Source of the DNA: an uncultured Gemmatimonadales bacterium
Lineage (GTDB): Bacteria > Gemmatimonadota > Gemmatimonadetes > Gemmatimonadales > GWC2-71-9
Assembly (NCBI GenBank): GCA_963779755.1
Contig: CAVZZO010000001.1
Coordinates: 1,596,845 to 1,660,844, forward strand
Direction of reading: 5' to 3'
DNA length: 64,000 nucleotides
Numbering within the stretch: the first letter of the stretch is position 1; each line of letters starts with the position of its first letter. The position numbers were made by a program, and so were the translations under genes. Shown piece after piece: positions 63,139 through 64,000 of this stretch. The notes below the pieces were generated by a model. It saw nothing but the letters and a program-made list of their open reading frames with translations. It was not told the DNA's origin and did not search any database.

Positions 63139-63774
63139 GTGCCGCCTGTAGCGACGGGGACGAAGCACCAGATTGTTGAAGCGCTTATAGATCAAGAGCT
63201 TAGCGCAGCTGATCTGGCCGAGCAGTTGTCCATCAGCCCGGCGGCTGTGAGGCAACATCTGGCGGTCCTGGGAGGCCTCGGGATAGTCGAGCGGCGAAAA
63301 GTGGTGACTCGGCCGAGCCGGCCGACCTTCCTCTATCGCCTTTCCCCGGAGGCAAGGGCCGCCTTACCGAAGCGCTATGATCTGCTGCTGCGGCAGGTAC
63401 TGGCGGTGGTGCGGGATCGCTATGGGCGAGACCAGCTCGAGTCGGTGATGGCGGCCTCGGCCGAACGCGTGGCTGGAGGCATCCGCGATCGTCTGGCCGG
63501 GGTCTCGGAGGATGAACGGTGGGAGCTGTTGCTGGAGTGGCTGGAAAGGGAATTCGCCTGGCATGCGGAGGCGCACCGGAGGGGCAAGCGCGCCGAGCTG
63601 GTCATCCATCAATGTCCCTTCCAGGAAGTGTCTGCCGGCGAGCCGGAGGTGTGCGGGATTTTCTTCCGCAGCCTGTTGCGCGCGGTGTATGGCGACGTAC
63701 CCATCGAGCACGTGCCGCACGGCGTGCCACCGGTCTGCTGCAGGCTGATTCTCGAAGGGCAGGACTTGCGTTAG
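63139..63774 (+). CDS. ArsR/SufR-like winged-helix regulator with C-terminal Cys-containing domain
   Basis: GTG start. HTH region LSAADLAEQLSISPAAVRQHL. C-terminal CPFQEVSAGEPEVC (C-X12-C) and a later CC pair. Confidence 0.7.
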   Translation: MPPVATGTKHQIVEALIDQELSAADLAEQLSISPAAVRQHLAVLGGLGIVERRKVVTRPSRPTFLYRLSPEARAALPKRYDLLLRQVLAVVRDRYGRDQLESVMAASAERVAGGIRDRLAGVSEDERWELLLEWLEREFAWHAEAHRRGKRAELVIHQCPFQEVSAGEPEVCGIFFRSLLRAVYGDVPIEHVPHGVPPVCCRLILEGQDLR

Positions 63775-63792
63775 CCACAGTCTGCGGGCGCG

Positions 63793-64000
63793 TCACACCA
63801 TCAGTTCCAGCGCCTCTCCTGCCGCGCGGCTCTGGGCCAGCAGCCCGGCCACCTCGTCGTCGGTCGTCTGGGCGAAGTCCCGGTACCAGAGGCCGACCGC
63901 CAGCGGGTCCCGCACCCGATAGAGCCAGATCACGGCGTCCACCTCGGGCTGCAGGTGCTCCACCAGCGCATGCGAACACGCCGGCACCGCGAAGATGACC
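63793..64000 (-). CDS. Hypothetical protein, C-terminal fragment (continues beyond window)
   Basis: The frame is open to the window edge (VIFAVPACSHALVEHLQPEVD...). No motif recognised. Confidence 0.35.
   Translation of the reverse strand, partial: VIFAVPACSHALVEHLQPEVDAVIWLYRVRDPLAVGLWYRDFAQTTDDEVAGLLAQSRAAGEALELMV

Overview
High-GC (about 68-70% by eye), gene-dense bacterial chromosomal segment. I call about 52 protein genes, one tRNA-Pro(GGG), one adjacent tRNA-Pro pseudogene and many structured intergenic repeats. I found no rRNA, CRISPR array, transposase, integrase or phage genes. The protein architectures and GC suggest a soil Gemmatimonadota/Acidobacteriota-like organism; this is a guess and no search was possible.

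Coding content:
- Transport: ClC channel (5'-truncated), APC permease fused to Usp domains, CorA, CDF-like protein, TonB-dependent receptor.
- Signalling: HD-GYP protein with a HEAT-like paralog, orphan LuxR-type response regulator, orphan histidine kinase, SARP/BTAD-TPR regulator, Ser/Thr kinase-TPR, two ECF sigma loci (one ECF41-type).
- Metabolism: glutamate dehydrogenase, class I fructose-bisphosphate aldolase, PLP decarboxylase, aldolase/SDR fusion, sulfotransferase, B12 radical SAM enzyme, Rieske-FAD reductase.
- Redox: octaheme HAO-family cytochrome with a membrane partner; Tat-cupredoxin operon.
- DNA repair: Fpg/Nei plus DUF72, divergent from a LigD split into phosphoesterase, ligase and polymerase genes.

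Main observations that the gene calls do not explain:
1. A family of period-7 tandem repeats occupies at least 10 intergenic sites. They often form purine-arm/pyrimidine-arm hairpins between convergent genes, sometimes run into the last codons of genes, and sometimes lie directly 5' of start codons.
2. Two related hairpin elements of about 155 nt, built from CGCGAAGG-type arms, each lie immediately 3' of one of two paralogous TM-helix genes.
3. The HAO-like cassette is bracketed by inverted copies of a 31-nt GGGAA repeat.
4. An interrupted tRNA-Pro pseudogene sits in tandem with the intact tRNA-Pro.
5. An ATP-grasp ligase appears translationally coupled to a peptidase with four zinc ribbons and an HExxH motif.
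6. A complete lipoprotein transcription unit is tandemly duplicated next to an ECF41 sigma locus that carries two matches to my remembered ECF41 promoter motif.

All functional calls rest on motif recognition in the supplied translations. None was checked by database search.
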